Source: an uncultured Chloroflexia bacterium
GTDB lineage: Bacteria > Chloroflexota > UBA6077 > JACCZL01
Reading direction: 5' to 3'
NCBI GenBank assembly: GCA_963765765.1
Contig: CAVXYC010000015.1
Coordinates: 288,001 to 352,000, forward strand
Length of the DNA: 64,000 nucleotides
Positions 9,500 through 19,464 of the stretch are shown in pieces. The notes beneath the pieces are model-generated. The model did not search any database. It had not been told where the DNA came from and saw only the letters and a program-made list of their open reading frames with translations. Made by a program: the position numbers and the translations under genes. The first letter of the stretch is position 1. The number at the start of each line of letters is the position of its first letter.

Positions 9500-11293
9500 T
9501 TGACTTCACGAACTCGAACGACACGAATGTGGCTGTATCCGGCATTTGCCACATTGGTAACGGCGGCCGTTGGCTGTCAGGGCGCTGCCCCTGCCCAGAA
9601 GCCGGCTGAGCCTGCACAGGCTACGAGCGCTCCCGCGGCTCAGCCGGCGCAGAAAACTGACGCGAAGCCTGCCGATGCCCAGCCCGCTGCGCCCGCCGCG
9701 AGCGGGCCGGTCACTCCTAAGGTCAACCGCCTGGTGATGGCCATTCAACCGATCGGAATTGAAAGTAATGACCCGACAGTAATTTCGCCGCCCGAAACAT
9801 GGCAGCTCCGGCCCATGTATGAGACGCTGCTCGGCGTAGATCCTGACGGCAAAGAGCCCGTACCGATGCTGGCAACTTCTTACAGCCTGGAGCCGGATGG
9901 GTTCTCCTATCGGTTCCAACTTCGCAAGGGCGTGCAGTTCCACAATGGCTTTGGCGAAATGACCGCCAAGGACGTGAAGTTTGCCTATGAGCGAATGATT
10001 GGGCCCGAGTCCAAGCATCCCCACACCAGCTATTGGAAGACGGTGGTCAAGGACGTGGAGATCATCAATGACCACGAGTTTATCTTCCGATTGACAGGCC
10101 CCGACGCGGACTTCATCACCTCAACGAGCGGCGCGGAAGCAGTTCTCCCCATCTATAGCAAGGCCGACGCCGATTCACGACCCAATTTTCCGACGATCAC
10201 TGACAAGCCAATCGCGGGCACGGGACCATATCAATTCGTTGAGCGGCAACAATCGCAGTTCCTTCGATTTGAGCGCGTTCCGTACCAGCACTGGCGTGTA
10301 ACGCCCGATTTCCCGGAGTTTGAGTATCGGCTGACCAAGGAGCTATCCACGCGCATCGCTCAGTTGAAGGCCAAAGAGATCCAGGTTGCAGGCCTGCCTC
10401 CTGAGATGATCGGACAGGCTGAGGGCCCTGGGTTCAAGGTCATCAAGAGCCGCTCAGCGGGACTGCAGGCATTCTTGACCTGGCATGGCGTGTATCCCAG
10501 TCCTCAGATCCGACCCGAGGAGCGGCCCGCGGTAGACCCGACACAGCCGTTTGTCTACATGGACACGCCGCTTCTGAATATCAAGGTTCGACAGGCGCTC
10601 AACAAGGCGATCAATCGCGACGAGTTCAATAAGGCGTTTTTCCGTGGGATTGGTGAGGAGATTTATCTCTTCGGCTACAAGGAAGATCGGCCGGGCTGGA
10701 ACCCGGAGTGGAAGAATCGCTTCCCCGACATGTACGGGTATGATCCGGCGAAGGCTCGGGCTCTTCTTACTGAGGCCGGCTACGGCCCGAGCAATCCACT
10801 CAGGACCAATATTATCCTGGTCAGCACGGCGTACTTCGCGGCATCCGGTGACATGTCTGAGGCTATCAGCGGGTACTGGCGAAACATCGGTGTGGATGTG
10901 AATCTAATCACGATGGACGGTAACCAGCGCACCACGCAATCCCGTCAGCGTGAGTTCAATAACCACGGTGAAGTGGTGGGCTCATCCGTGCGTCAACTTC
11001 GCGGCTGGGGCATCTACGGCACCCACACTGCGATGGGAACCCAGAGCGGCACGGCTCTGCCGGAAGTGGACGAGGTATTCGACGCTGAGGTGCGCAAGAC
11101 TGTGGACCCAGCGAAGGCCGACGCTGCCTGGCGGAAAATGGGCGACCTTGCCTATGACCGCTTCATGAACGTCCCACTTCACTGGGTACCTGCCGAAGCC
11201 GTAGTGGATGCGAATATCGTGGGCGACTACATCTACCCCGGCACGATTACTGGCCTTTACACTCACCCCGAGTACATTAAGGCAGCGCCCTAA
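9500..11293 (+). CDS. ABC transporter substrate-binding lipoprotein, family 5 (peptide/nickel-like)
   Basis: Lipobox AAVGC, Ala/Pro linker, LRKGVQFHNG, GTGPY, VRQALNKAINR, YDPAKARALL. Confidence 0.9.
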   Translation: MTSRTRTTRMWLYPAFATLVTAAVGCQGAAPAQKPAEPAQATSAPAAQPAQKTDAKPADAQPAAPAASGPVTPKVNRLVMAIQPIGIESNDPTVISPPETWQLRPMYETLLGVDPDGKEPVPMLATSYSLEPDGFSYRFQLRKGVQFHNGFGEMTAKDVKFAYERMIGPESKHPHTSYWKTVVKDVEIINDHEFIFRLTGPDADFITSTSGAEAVLPIYSKADADSRPNFPTITDKPIAGTGPYQFVERQQSQFLRFERVPYQHWRVTPDFPEFEYRLTKELSTRIAQLKAKEIQVAGLPPEMIGQAEGPGFKVIKSRSAGLQAFLTWHGVYPSPQIRPEERPAVDPTQPFVYMDTPLLNIKVRQALNKAINRDEFNKAFFRGIGEEIYLFGYKEDRPGWNPEWKNRFPDMYGYDPAKARALLTEAGYGPSNPLRTNIILVSTAYFAASGDMSEAISGYWRNIGVDVNLITMDGNQRTTQSRQREFNNHGEVVGSSVRQLRGWGIYGTHTAMGTQSGTALPEVDEVFDAEVRKTVDPAKADAAWRKMGDLAYDRFMNVPLHWVPAEAVVDANIVGDYIYPGTITGLYTHPEYIKAAP

Positions 11294-11298
11294 CAGAG

Positions 11299-11374
11299 AG
11301 TGATGAGTGATGGGTCATGAGTGATGAGGGGAGTTTGGGCTGGACTCATCACTCATGACCCATCACTCATCACT
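11299..11374. repeat. Perfect 30-bp inverted repeat built from tandem heptamers
   Basis: AGTGATG-AGTGATG-GGTCATG-AGTGATG-AG at 11299-11328 and its exact reverse complement at 11345-11374. Confidence 0.9.
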
Positions 11375-11382
11375 TCGTTGCA

Positions 11383-12363
11383 ATGGCTGAGATCGTCCTA
11401 GGCATCGGCTCCGCGCGGAGCCCTCTTACCAGCTTGCCGCCCGAACATTGGGCGGCTCTTGGTGAGAGAGACAAACGTAGTACCGTTCTCTTCGAGTTAG
11501 ACGGCTCGCCGGTGACGTACGATGCGCTCCTGGCACGCGCTCCCGACGTATCAACGCGTCTGGACCCTGCGCTCTGGAGACGCCAGTTCGAGACGGCTCA
11601 GCGCGACTTCGACGTGCTCCATGAGACGATTCAGCGCGTCGCTCCCGACGTGCTTGTCATCATGGGTGACGATGAGGAAGAGCTTCACCACGCCGACAAT
11701 CGCCCCGGCATTCTCGTGTACCTCGGTGACTCGTTTAGAGTCATGGCGCGTCCGCTCCCGGCCGATACGGACGAGCTAAACAGGCTCTCCAACTGGTCCT
11801 GGGGTGATCACGATGCGATTTATCCCGCGGCCCAGGAGATTTCAAAGTATCTGGTTGATAGGCTTATCGCTGAAGACTTCGATCTATCCATCTCGAATCA
11901 CCTTCCAATGGATAGGCCAATCAGCCATGGATTTGGATTTATTTTCACTCGGCTTGCTCGTCGAATGCAGATTCCAACAGTCGCGATCTTCATGAACATC
12001 CACTACCCACCCAACCGCCTCAGTCCAAGGCGGTGCTGGCAGTTCGGTAAAGCCGTGCGACGGGTAATTGAAAGTTGGCCGGGGAATGAGCGGGTGGCGG
12101 TGATCGGGACGGGCGGATTGAGCACCGGCGTGCTCCGCGAGGACATGGACCAACTGGTCCTGCGAGCCATGGCCGAGCACGACGAGCAAGTGTTCAACAC
12201 GATGCCTCACGAATGGATCAAAGGGCCGGCAGGTGAAGCTCTCGCCTGGATCGCCACGGCCGGTGCGTGTGAGCATTTAGCCATGGATGTCCTGGATTAC
12301 ATCCCAATCATTCGCTCCCCCGCGGCCACCGGCTGTGGAGTCACGTTCGCCCGCTGGGAATGA
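11383..12363 (+). CDS. LigB-like (class III extradiol dioxygenase fold) protein
   Basis: MAEIVLGIG, PDVLVIMGDD, HGF, RCWQFGKAVRRVIESW, VAVIGTGGLS, E..W. Confidence 0.8.
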   Translation: MAEIVLGIGSARSPLTSLPPEHWAALGERDKRSTVLFELDGSPVTYDALLARAPDVSTRLDPALWRRQFETAQRDFDVLHETIQRVAPDVLVIMGDDEEELHHADNRPGILVYLGDSFRVMARPLPADTDELNRLSNWSWGDHDAIYPAAQEISKYLVDRLIAEDFDLSISNHLPMDRPISHGFGFIFTRLARRMQIPTVAIFMNIHYPPNRLSPRRCWQFGKAVRRVIESWPGNERVAVIGTGGLSTGVLREDMDQLVLRAMAEHDEQVFNTMPHEWIKGPAGEALAWIATAGACEHLAMDVLDYIPIIRSPAATGCGVTFARWE

Positions 12364-12371
12364 TGCTGTCC

Positions 12372-12396
12372 CAAGTCGCGACTCCGGGGCGACTTG
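12372..12396. terminator. Hairpin between convergent genes
   Basis: CAAGTCGC-N9-GCGACTTG. Confidence 0.4.
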
Positions 12397-12400
12397 CTAA

Positions 12401-13612
12401 CTAGGTTCGGTCGTTCAGCACTTTCTGATACAGCGCGGCTGTTTTGTCCGCGATGGCGGACCATGAGAAATACTCCTCCACCCGCTGTCGGCCGGCCTCG
12501 GCCATTTTGTTTCTCAGTGCATCGTCGCGAAGGAGACGATTGATGGCCGCGGCTAGATCTGCGCTGAACTTGGGCGGATCTACGGGCTCAAACGGGCTCT
12601 CCCTGAGCTGATCCAGTGGAACCAATATCCCAGTTTCGCCGTCCACAACGACTTCTGGGATGCCACCGACGGCGCTCGCAACAACCGCCGTTTCGCACGC
12701 CATTGCCTCGAGATTAATGATCCCAAAGGGCTCGTAAATGGAAGGACAGCAAAACACCGTTGCATGTGTGTAGAGCTGGATCACCTCGTTGCGTGGCACC
12801 ATCTTCTCAATCCATATGACGTCCGGCCTGGATGCTTGAACTTGAGCGACGGCAGCCTGCATCTCAGCATCTATTTCTGGGGTATCAGGAGCGCCCGCGC
12901 ACAGGACAATCTGCGCTGAAGCATCGATATCCTTGATGGCACGAACGAGATGGATGATGCCCTTCTGACGGGTGATTCTCCCCACGAAGAGGACGAACGG
13001 CCGATCGGAGTCGATGCCGTATTGCACCAACGCCGATTTTGATTCGGCCGGCTTGTAGAGGTTGACATCGATGCCGTTATGGATGACGTGAACCTTAGCG
13101 GAGTCCACATTGAAGAGCTCCAGCACGTCGCGGCGAGTCTCATTCGAGACGCCAATGATTGCATCCGCCATCTCGAGCGCGGTGCGCTCCACCCATTGCG
13201 TCACGTCGTAGCCGCCGCCAAGCTGCTCCCGCTTCCACGGGCGCAGCGGTTCCAGCGAGTGTACAGTGACGATGAGCGGTATCCCATAGCCTAGCTTGGT
13301 GATGATGCCGCCAAGATGGCTATACCACGTATGGCAATGGACCAGGTCTGCATCAACGTTCATTGCCGCCGCGGCCACGTTTCTGGTCATCGCGCCAAAG
13401 ACCGGCTGAAGTGGTTTTGGGGCAGTGATAGCAGCCGGATCGATCTCAAAGCCCCGGACCGAAAGTCGATTGTCCTGAATCTGCTGGTCGCCGAAACTGC
13501 GCACGTCTACGTCCATGATTCGAGCGAGCTCCGCGGTGAGGAACTCCACGTGCACGCCGGCGCCACCATAGACATAGGGCGGATATTCATTTGTCAGGAA
13601 AAGAGCTTTCAT
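12401..13612 (-). CDS. glgM: GT4 glycogen synthase of the actinobacterial type (alpha-maltose-1-phosphate synthase GlgM-like)
   Basis: EYPPYVYGGAGVHV, HTWY, HSLEPLRPWKREQLGGGY, GRITRQKG, YEPFGIINLEAMAC. Confidence 0.85.
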   Translation of the reverse strand: MKALFLTNEYPPYVYGGAGVHVEFLTAELARIMDVDVRSFGDQQIQDNRLSVRGFEIDPAAITAPKPLQPVFGAMTRNVAAAAMNVDADLVHCHTWYSHLGGIITKLGYGIPLIVTVHSLEPLRPWKREQLGGGYDVTQWVERTALEMADAIIGVSNETRRDVLELFNVDSAKVHVIHNGIDVNLYKPAESKSALVQYGIDSDRPFVLFVGRITRQKGIIHLVRAIKDIDASAQIVLCAGAPDTPEIDAEMQAAVAQVQASRPDVIWIEKMVPRNEVIQLYTHATVFCCPSIYEPFGIINLEAMACETAVVASAVGGIPEVVVDGETGILVPLDQLRESPFEPVDPPKFSADLAAAINRLLRDDALRNKMAEAGRQRVEEYFSWSAIADKTAALYQKVLNDRT

Positions 13613-13872
13613 GTCGATTGATCTTTCAAGAACTACCTGATTCGCGGATATTCACTCGATCGAGGCAGGGGCTACTCAGAACGACCATCGCACAGATGAG
13701 GTCAGGCGTCCGGGTGGCGCAAAAGGCCAAGCGACACGCCGTCAGCCAGGCAACAGAGCGCAGTGGGCGATTCGGCCAAGACCAACTGGCGCGACAAGCC
13801 CTTTGACGTGACAGCGCATCTTAGCAGTCGCCGTCGCGTGAGAGAACCCTCGGGCCTGTCATCGGTGGCACT

Positions 13873-15385
13873 GGGTGTAACCAAGAGTTGTGGGTTTGGG
13901 GGCCTAGGCGGCCCGGGCATGGAGCGTGGCGTGGTGGGCCCGGAGTACGGCCAGCGATTGGCCTCCGGCGCTGGACCAGCGACAGCCCGGCCGTTTCATC
14001 CGCTGCTGGACGAGGTGTTTGGCGGCCGATTCCACCGCGCCCGACCCGATGGGCAGCCCCTGAGCTCGAAACTCCGGATACCGCATCCGCTGGCGATTGC
14101 TCTGGAAGTACCCGCGCTCCGTGGCCACCACCCGGCGCGCCTCGGCCGTCGGCGGCACGAGCTCCCGCAGGCGCGCCAGCACCGCTGCAGCCCCGGCGCT
14201 CCACAGCCCGGCGAGGCTCACCGCGACCCAGTCCGCGGCCGCGGCGGTGCCCGCGCCGAAGACCGCCCAGGGCCACGGTCCAGACATGCTCGCTGGCGTG
14301 GTACCAATCGACAATCTCCAGACGCTCGCCGAACTGCTCCGCAGCCGCCGTCCAGATCCAGCGCGCGCCGTCGCCTAGCACGACAACCGCCCGCAACCTC
14401 GCCAGCCCGGGCCCGGTGACCGGGCCATCGACGCCGAGGATGTCCAGGCCGCCCCGCCGCGCCACTTCGGCGCCCCAGCGCCCGGCGAACGGCCCCACCG
14501 GCTCGCGGGCCGCCACGTAACTCGGGGCCTCCAAGCGCTGCCGTTCCGGGGGCGCGAGCCGGATCCCAGCCGCCGACCACGCCGAGTTTGACTTCGTGCC
14601 AGCCATCGTTGAAGCGCACCAGCACGCCATCGGTTTCAGCGACCAGCTGGTGCGGGGCGGCATCCACCAGCCCGGCCGGGGCCCGCGTCCGTTCGACGGT
14701 GGCGCGGTCGGCCTGCTGAGCCTGATCGAGCGCGGCCCCGGCGGGCCTCGGTCTGGGTGCGCACCGTCTCGGGACTCACGGCCAGGCCGGTCAGGTCCTC
14801 GAGCAGGTCGGCGGCCTCGGCAAACGCCGTGGCGCCCCCCGGCCCGGACCAGCCAGGCGCGCAGCGGGCCGCTCAGGCGCTGGTGCGGCGCGAGGCCCAG
14901 CGTGCGGTCGGTCGGGCTCCAGCCGTGGCGGCAGGTCGGGCAGTGCGCCCACGGGCGCGACCAGCGGACCGGGCCGCAGACCGTGACCACCTGGCGGGAA
15001 CGCCAGCTGTGCGTGGGCGCGGTCGTGCCGCACTCCGGACAGCGGGACCGGTCGCGCTGGAGCCCGGGATCCAGACTGCGCTGGGTAGCCGCGATCATCC
15101 CGGCGACCAGCGTCGGGGCCACGGTGCGCAGCTCGGTCTGGACCTGGCGCTCGAGATCCGTCAGAGAGGCATCGCGGTGGGCGCGCGCCCAAGCCGCCAA
15201 GCGGTGGGCACAGGCGGCGAGCGGTGCGACAATCGTCTCGGGAAGGTTCTCCGCGTCCATGCGACCTTCCTCGCGGCCGGGGCGTCTCACTGCCCCGGCC
15301 GCCTCGGCATGAGAATCCGCGTTCGCAGCGTAACCCATCCGCTCCGGTCTCACCACCCGCTCTTCAACAACTTTTGGTTACACCC
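13873..15385 (-). mobile_element. Insertion sequence, ISKra4/ISLre2-like (prokaryotic Mutator-like), 1513 bp
   Basis: Terminal inverted repeats GGGTGTAACCAA(G/A)AGTTGT match at 18/19. The 8-bp direct repeat GTGGCACT flanks it at 13865-13872 and 15386-15393. The element is visibly GC-richer than its flanks. Confidence 0.92.
13904..15260 (-). pseudogene. ISKra4/UPF0236-type DDE transposase, frameshifted as assembled
   Basis: Motifs CPECG, CPTC, ETDG, WHEVKLG, VLGDGARWIW, DWYHASEH and GSGAVESAAK..RMKRPGCRW are spread over several frames. Confidence 0.85.
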
Positions 15386-15400
15386 GTGGCACTGCAATCC

Positions 15401-15429
15401 TTGACAATGTCACGGCCCTATGGAATCGT
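15401..15429 (+). promoter_or_regulatory. Putative sigma70/sigmaA promoter of the ABC operon
   Basis: TTGACA at 15401-15406, 17-bp spacer, TGn-AATCGT extended -10, upstream of an AGGAGGT RBS. Confidence 0.55.
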
Positions 15430-15486
15430 GCTTGCGTCCGCGTTGCGTCGAAATTCGGCGTGGGCGTTGTCCCGCAGGAGGTCTCA

Positions 15487-16722
15487 ATGTCGTCTACCCG
15501 CCCCATCCACGCCCTCAATCGTCGAACATTTCTCCGCTATATCGCTGGATCAATTGGTGCCGTGAGCATCATGCCCCTTGTCGCGGCATGTGGGGGCTCG
15601 AACTCGGCCCCAAGCAGTAATTCGGCTGCTCCGTCCGCCAAGGCCGCACCAACCGCGGCGGAGGCTAAGGCGCCAGCACAGGCCGCCGCGCCGGCTGCCC
15701 CAGCCGCTCCCGCGGTGCCAGCCGAGTGGCAGCAATGGATGGACGGCGCGAAAAAGGAAGGCAAGGTGGTCGTCAACACCATGCCAGGTGCCGGTAATCG
15801 GAATGCCGTTCTCGAGTTTGAGAAATTCCTTCCCGGCGTCACCGTAGAGCAGACGGGTCTCCAGCTCTCTAACCAATTCACGCCGCGGATTCTTCAGGAA
15901 CGTGAAGGCGGAGTCTACACCTGGGACGTGGCGATCATTCCCATTGCTTCCGCGCTCGCGGTGCTTCGACCGCGCGGTGTATGGGACCCGGTCAAACCGG
16001 TACTGATCCATCCCGACGTGCTCAACGACGCCAACTGGACCGAAGGTTTTCAGTCTGGCTGGAGTGACGATGATAAGTCGCTCACCTACGGCTTCGGGTT
16101 GAACAAGAATCGCTCACTGTGGATCAATACCGAGATGGTCAAGGAAGACGAGATCAAGACCGTCAAAGACCTGCTGGATCCTAAGTGGAAGGGCAAGATG
16201 ATCCTCTCAGACCCGCGAGTGCTGGGAAATGGATTCCTGCCGGTCATGTTGATGCGCAATACGTATGGCGACGACATCATACGTCCGATTTTCAAAGACC
16301 AGGAGCCGAGCCTCAGCCGGGACCCGAACCAGGTCGCCGAATTCCTTGTACGCGGCCGCTACCCAATTGGCCTGGGGCCAACGGAGCTGGTGATCCAGGA
16401 GTTTCAGGACGGCGGGCTCGGTAAGAGCTTGGTAGGTCTCGACATTCCAGACCTTGCCCACACCAACGGCCACAGTGCCTTCCTGGTCAACAATGCGCCG
16501 CACCCGAACGCGGCTAAGGTGTTCATCAATTGGCTCCTTACTAAGGAAGGCCAGACCGCCTGGACGACGAACACGCTGACGAATAGTCGCCGAAACGATG
16601 TGCCGCCAGGCGACCCGGCAACCTATCCGTCCGAGGGTCAGAAGTACGTTCGCGTCGACATTGAGGAGACCACACGCAAGATGATCGAGGCTCAGGAAGT
16701 TTCGAAGCAGCTCATAGATTGA
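15487..16722 (+). CDS. ABC substrate-binding lipoprotein (Fe3+/thiamine-like family), Tat-type signal
   Basis: RRTFLR, LVAAC lipobox, AKKEGKVVV, DLLDPKWKGK, APHPNAAKVFINWLL. Confidence 0.9.
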   Translation: MSSTRPIHALNRRTFLRYIAGSIGAVSIMPLVAACGGSNSAPSSNSAAPSAKAAPTAAEAKAPAQAAAPAAPAAPAVPAEWQQWMDGAKKEGKVVVNTMPGAGNRNAVLEFEKFLPGVTVEQTGLQLSNQFTPRILQEREGGVYTWDVAIIPIASALAVLRPRGVWDPVKPVLIHPDVLNDANWTEGFQSGWSDDDKSLTYGFGLNKNRSLWINTEMVKEDEIKTVKDLLDPKWKGKMILSDPRVLGNGFLPVMLMRNTYGDDIIRPIFKDQEPSLSRDPNQVAEFLVRGRYPIGLGPTELVIQEFQDGGLGKSLVGLDIPDLAHTNGHSAFLVNNAPHPNAAKVFINWLLTKEGQTAWTTNTLTNSRRNDVPPGDPATYPSEGQKYVRVDIEETTRKMIEAQEVSKQLID

Positions 16723-16842
16723 GCGAGCTCGATTGCGCACGAGTGTGCGCCGCATTCCGCGGTCCATCGATGGTCGAACCAGGTACGAGGGAGTACGAGC
16801 TGAGGCACATGCGCAAGAATCGCCGGACGTGTCAGTCAGGCA

Positions 16843-18570
16843 ATGAACGTGGCTAGCGTCGGAGATATCGGCGCCGTTGGTGCACGTCACGCGCGAGCCT
16901 GGAGGCCTCATTGGGACCTTCAGACAATTCTTGGCGTGATTCTCCTCGGATTGCTCACGCTATTCGTGGTTTATCCGGTGGTATTGATCTTCCTGCAGAG
17001 CATTCAGGTCACACGCCCCGGAGAAGCGATGATCTTTGGGGTCGATGGCTGGCGTGCGGTTTTCAATGAGCGCGGACTAGTTAGCGCTACGCTCAATACG
17101 CTGGGACTAACGCTGGCGCGTCAGTCGATTTCCTTGCCCATTGCCATTTTGATCGCCTGGCTCATTGCCCGAACTGATCTGCCTGGGCGAAACGTATTCG
17201 AGTTCATGTTCTGGTTGGCTTTTTTCCTGCCCAGCCTCACGGTGACACTGAGCTGGATCATGGTGCTGGATCCGGAGTTCGGTCTGTTCAACCAGATTAT
17301 TCAGCGTATCGGTTTACCGGTATTCAACGTCTATTCCTTCTGGGGCATTACCTGGGTGCACATCATGGCGAGCAGCATCACGGTGAAGGTGATGCTCCTG
17401 ACTCCGGTGCTGCGAAACCTCAACGCATCATTCGAAGAAGCTTCACGCGTAGCTGGCGCTAGCCCGCTCAGTACGTTGTGGAAGATTGTCGTACCGGTGA
17501 TGCTTCCCGCGGTTCTCGCGATCGAGCTTCTGGCTATCACACGCTCCCTTGAAGCGTTCGAAATCGAGCAAGTGCTGGGTGCACCTGTCGGGCTGTACGT
17601 GCTTAGCACGAGCATTTACGACATGCTGTATCAGCAGATTCCGCGCTATGACGTTGCCGCGGCATTGGGCGTCGTCATGCTGGTCTCCATGCTTGCCCTC
17701 GTGTACCTGCAACAACGCTGGATCGGTGGTCGCCGATTCACGACGGTCACTGGCCAGTATCAAGTACAGGTCTTGCGGCTGGGGCGCTGGCGTTGGGTCG
17801 CCTTCGCGGGTCTCGTAGGATTGCTTCTGCTCATCATCGGTGTCCCGCTGGTCTTCTCTTTGATGGGCACGTTCATGCAATTTTTCGGTTTCTTCACCGG
17901 CGCATGGACCATGAAACACTGGGAAACGGCCTTGAAGGATCGGTTCCTCTTGCAGTCGCTCCAGAACACGCTGATCCTCGCATTCGGAACTGCCATCGGT
18001 GCTGTCTTCATCCATTCTTTGATCGCCTACGTCATCGTGCGCACGCGATTCTTCGGTCGGCGTGCCCTGGACATCATGAGCTGGCTTCCGTTTACGGTGC
18101 CCGGAATTCTCCTCAGTCTGGGCCTCCTGGGTATGTTCCTTCGGACACCAGTGCTGCGGCCGCTCTATGGGTCGATGATCGTCCTGATCATTGCTGGCAT
18201 CGTGGCAATCATGCCGCTGGCCGTGCAGATCGTTAAAAGCAACCTTCTCCAGCTCGGGGCCGAGCTCGAGGAGGCATCCTGGCTCACCGGCGGTAACTGG
18301 TGGCACACATATCGACGCATCATTCTGCCGCTCATCAGCCCCACACTCGTGGTGGTTGGCCTTATCAGCTTCATCGGCGCCTCCAGGAACATTGCCCAGG
18401 TGGCGCTCTTGTCCAATACCGCCACGAGGCCTCTGTCTATCATGCAGCTCGACTACATGGCCGATCATCGCCTTGAGGTTGCTGCCGTGATCGCGTGTCT
18501 GATCATGTTCATGACGCTGGGGCTCGCGCTGGCAGCCCGAGCGTTTGGTTATAAGACGGCCGGCGGATAA
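16843..18570 (+). CDS. ABC permease, FbpB-like (two fused membrane domains)
   Basis: Hydrophobic protein with two EAA loops (EEASRVAGAS, EEASWLTGG). Confidence 0.9.
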   Translation: MNVASVGDIGAVGARHARAWRPHWDLQTILGVILLGLLTLFVVYPVVLIFLQSIQVTRPGEAMIFGVDGWRAVFNERGLVSATLNTLGLTLARQSISLPIAILIAWLIARTDLPGRNVFEFMFWLAFFLPSLTVTLSWIMVLDPEFGLFNQIIQRIGLPVFNVYSFWGITWVHIMASSITVKVMLLTPVLRNLNASFEEASRVAGASPLSTLWKIVVPVMLPAVLAIELLAITRSLEAFEIEQVLGAPVGLYVLSTSIYDMLYQQIPRYDVAAALGVVMLVSMLALVYLQQRWIGGRRFTTVTGQYQVQVLRLGRWRWVAFAGLVGLLLLIIGVPLVFSLMGTFMQFFGFFTGAWTMKHWETALKDRFLLQSLQNTLILAFGTAIGAVFIHSLIAYVIVRTRFFGRRALDIMSWLPFTVPGILLSLGLLGMFLRTPVLRPLYGSMIVLIIAGIVAIMPLAVQIVKSNLLQLGAELEEASWLTGGNWWHTYRRIILPLISPTLVVVGLISFIGASRNIAQVALLSNTATRPLSIMQLDYMADHRLEVAAVIACLIMFMTLGLALAARAFGYKTAGG

Positions 18571-18671
18571 CCAGTAAGCCCAACATTACGCGGTTCAACT
18601 ATGCCGGTAGGCATAACCGGGCCGGTGCAACGGCATCGGTCTCTTCGTCACACTCAGAATGGGAGAATACT

Positions 18672-19460
18672 GTGGCATCAGATCTGGATCAGGTTAAATA
18701 CGACGTAGCAGTGGCGAACCGAGTGCTCACCGCCGTGGGTCTCGCCAATGGGCCTACGATCTCTCTGGGGCATGTCAGTCAGCGTCTACCCGGCGACCCA
18801 AGCAAGTTCGTAGTCAAGGGGCGTGGATACGAGATCGATTCGCTCCCACGCATGCGCCCTGAGGACATGGTGCTTTGCGACCTGGACGGATACATGTTAG
18901 ACGGGCCGAAGGGCTCTACGCCGTGCTATGAGGTTCAGATCCACGCGGCAATCATGAAGAAGCGGCCGGAGATCAATTCGGTTATCCACGTCCATCCGCA
19001 GTTCACGGTGCTGTTCAGCATTCTGGGGAAGCCCATCGTTCCCATGGCGCAGGGGCAGGCAATCAACATCCTCAAGAAGCAGATCCCAACCATGCGTATG
19101 TACAAGATCATCCAGAGCCAGGAGGAAGGCCAACAGGTGGCGAACACTCTAGGCGACAATGTGGCCATGCTTCTGCTGGGGCACGGAGTCGTTGTCGCTG
19201 GAGCAGCTCCAGATGAAGTGGTGATCGGGGCGCTAGGTCTCGAGGAGCAGGCCAAGATGAACTACTACGCCTATAGCGTGGCGGGGCCGGACTATCCAAC
19301 GATCCCGGAAGACCTGGTTCAAGAGAACTTCTATCGGCAGATCAACTTCGAGGACCTACCTCAGTTCAAAGGCCTCGGTGCCGGCGCACACAGCCAGCGG
19401 CGGAACGCGGTCTTCTCGCATTACGCGGAGATCGTGTCCCGGGATTTGTCAAAGCCCTAG
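18672..19460 (+). CDS. Class II aldolase/adducin family protein
   Basis: GHVSQR, EVQIHAAI, VIHVHP, LGHG. Confidence 0.9.
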   Translation: MASDLDQVKYDVAVANRVLTAVGLANGPTISLGHVSQRLPGDPSKFVVKGRGYEIDSLPRMRPEDMVLCDLDGYMLDGPKGSTPCYEVQIHAAIMKKRPEINSVIHVHPQFTVLFSILGKPIVPMAQGQAINILKKQIPTMRMYKIIQSQEEGQQVANTLGDNVAMLLLGHGVVVAGAAPDEVVIGALGLEEQAKMNYYAYSVAGPDYPTIPEDLVQENFYRQINFEDLPQFKGLGAGAHSQRRNAVFSHYAEIVSRDLSKP

Positions 19461-19464
19461 TAGC

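Noticed and set aside
6904-18468. Long antisense ORFs such as 6904-8085 and 17443-18468
   Set aside because: Shadow frames of well-supported genes, common in GC-rich DNA.
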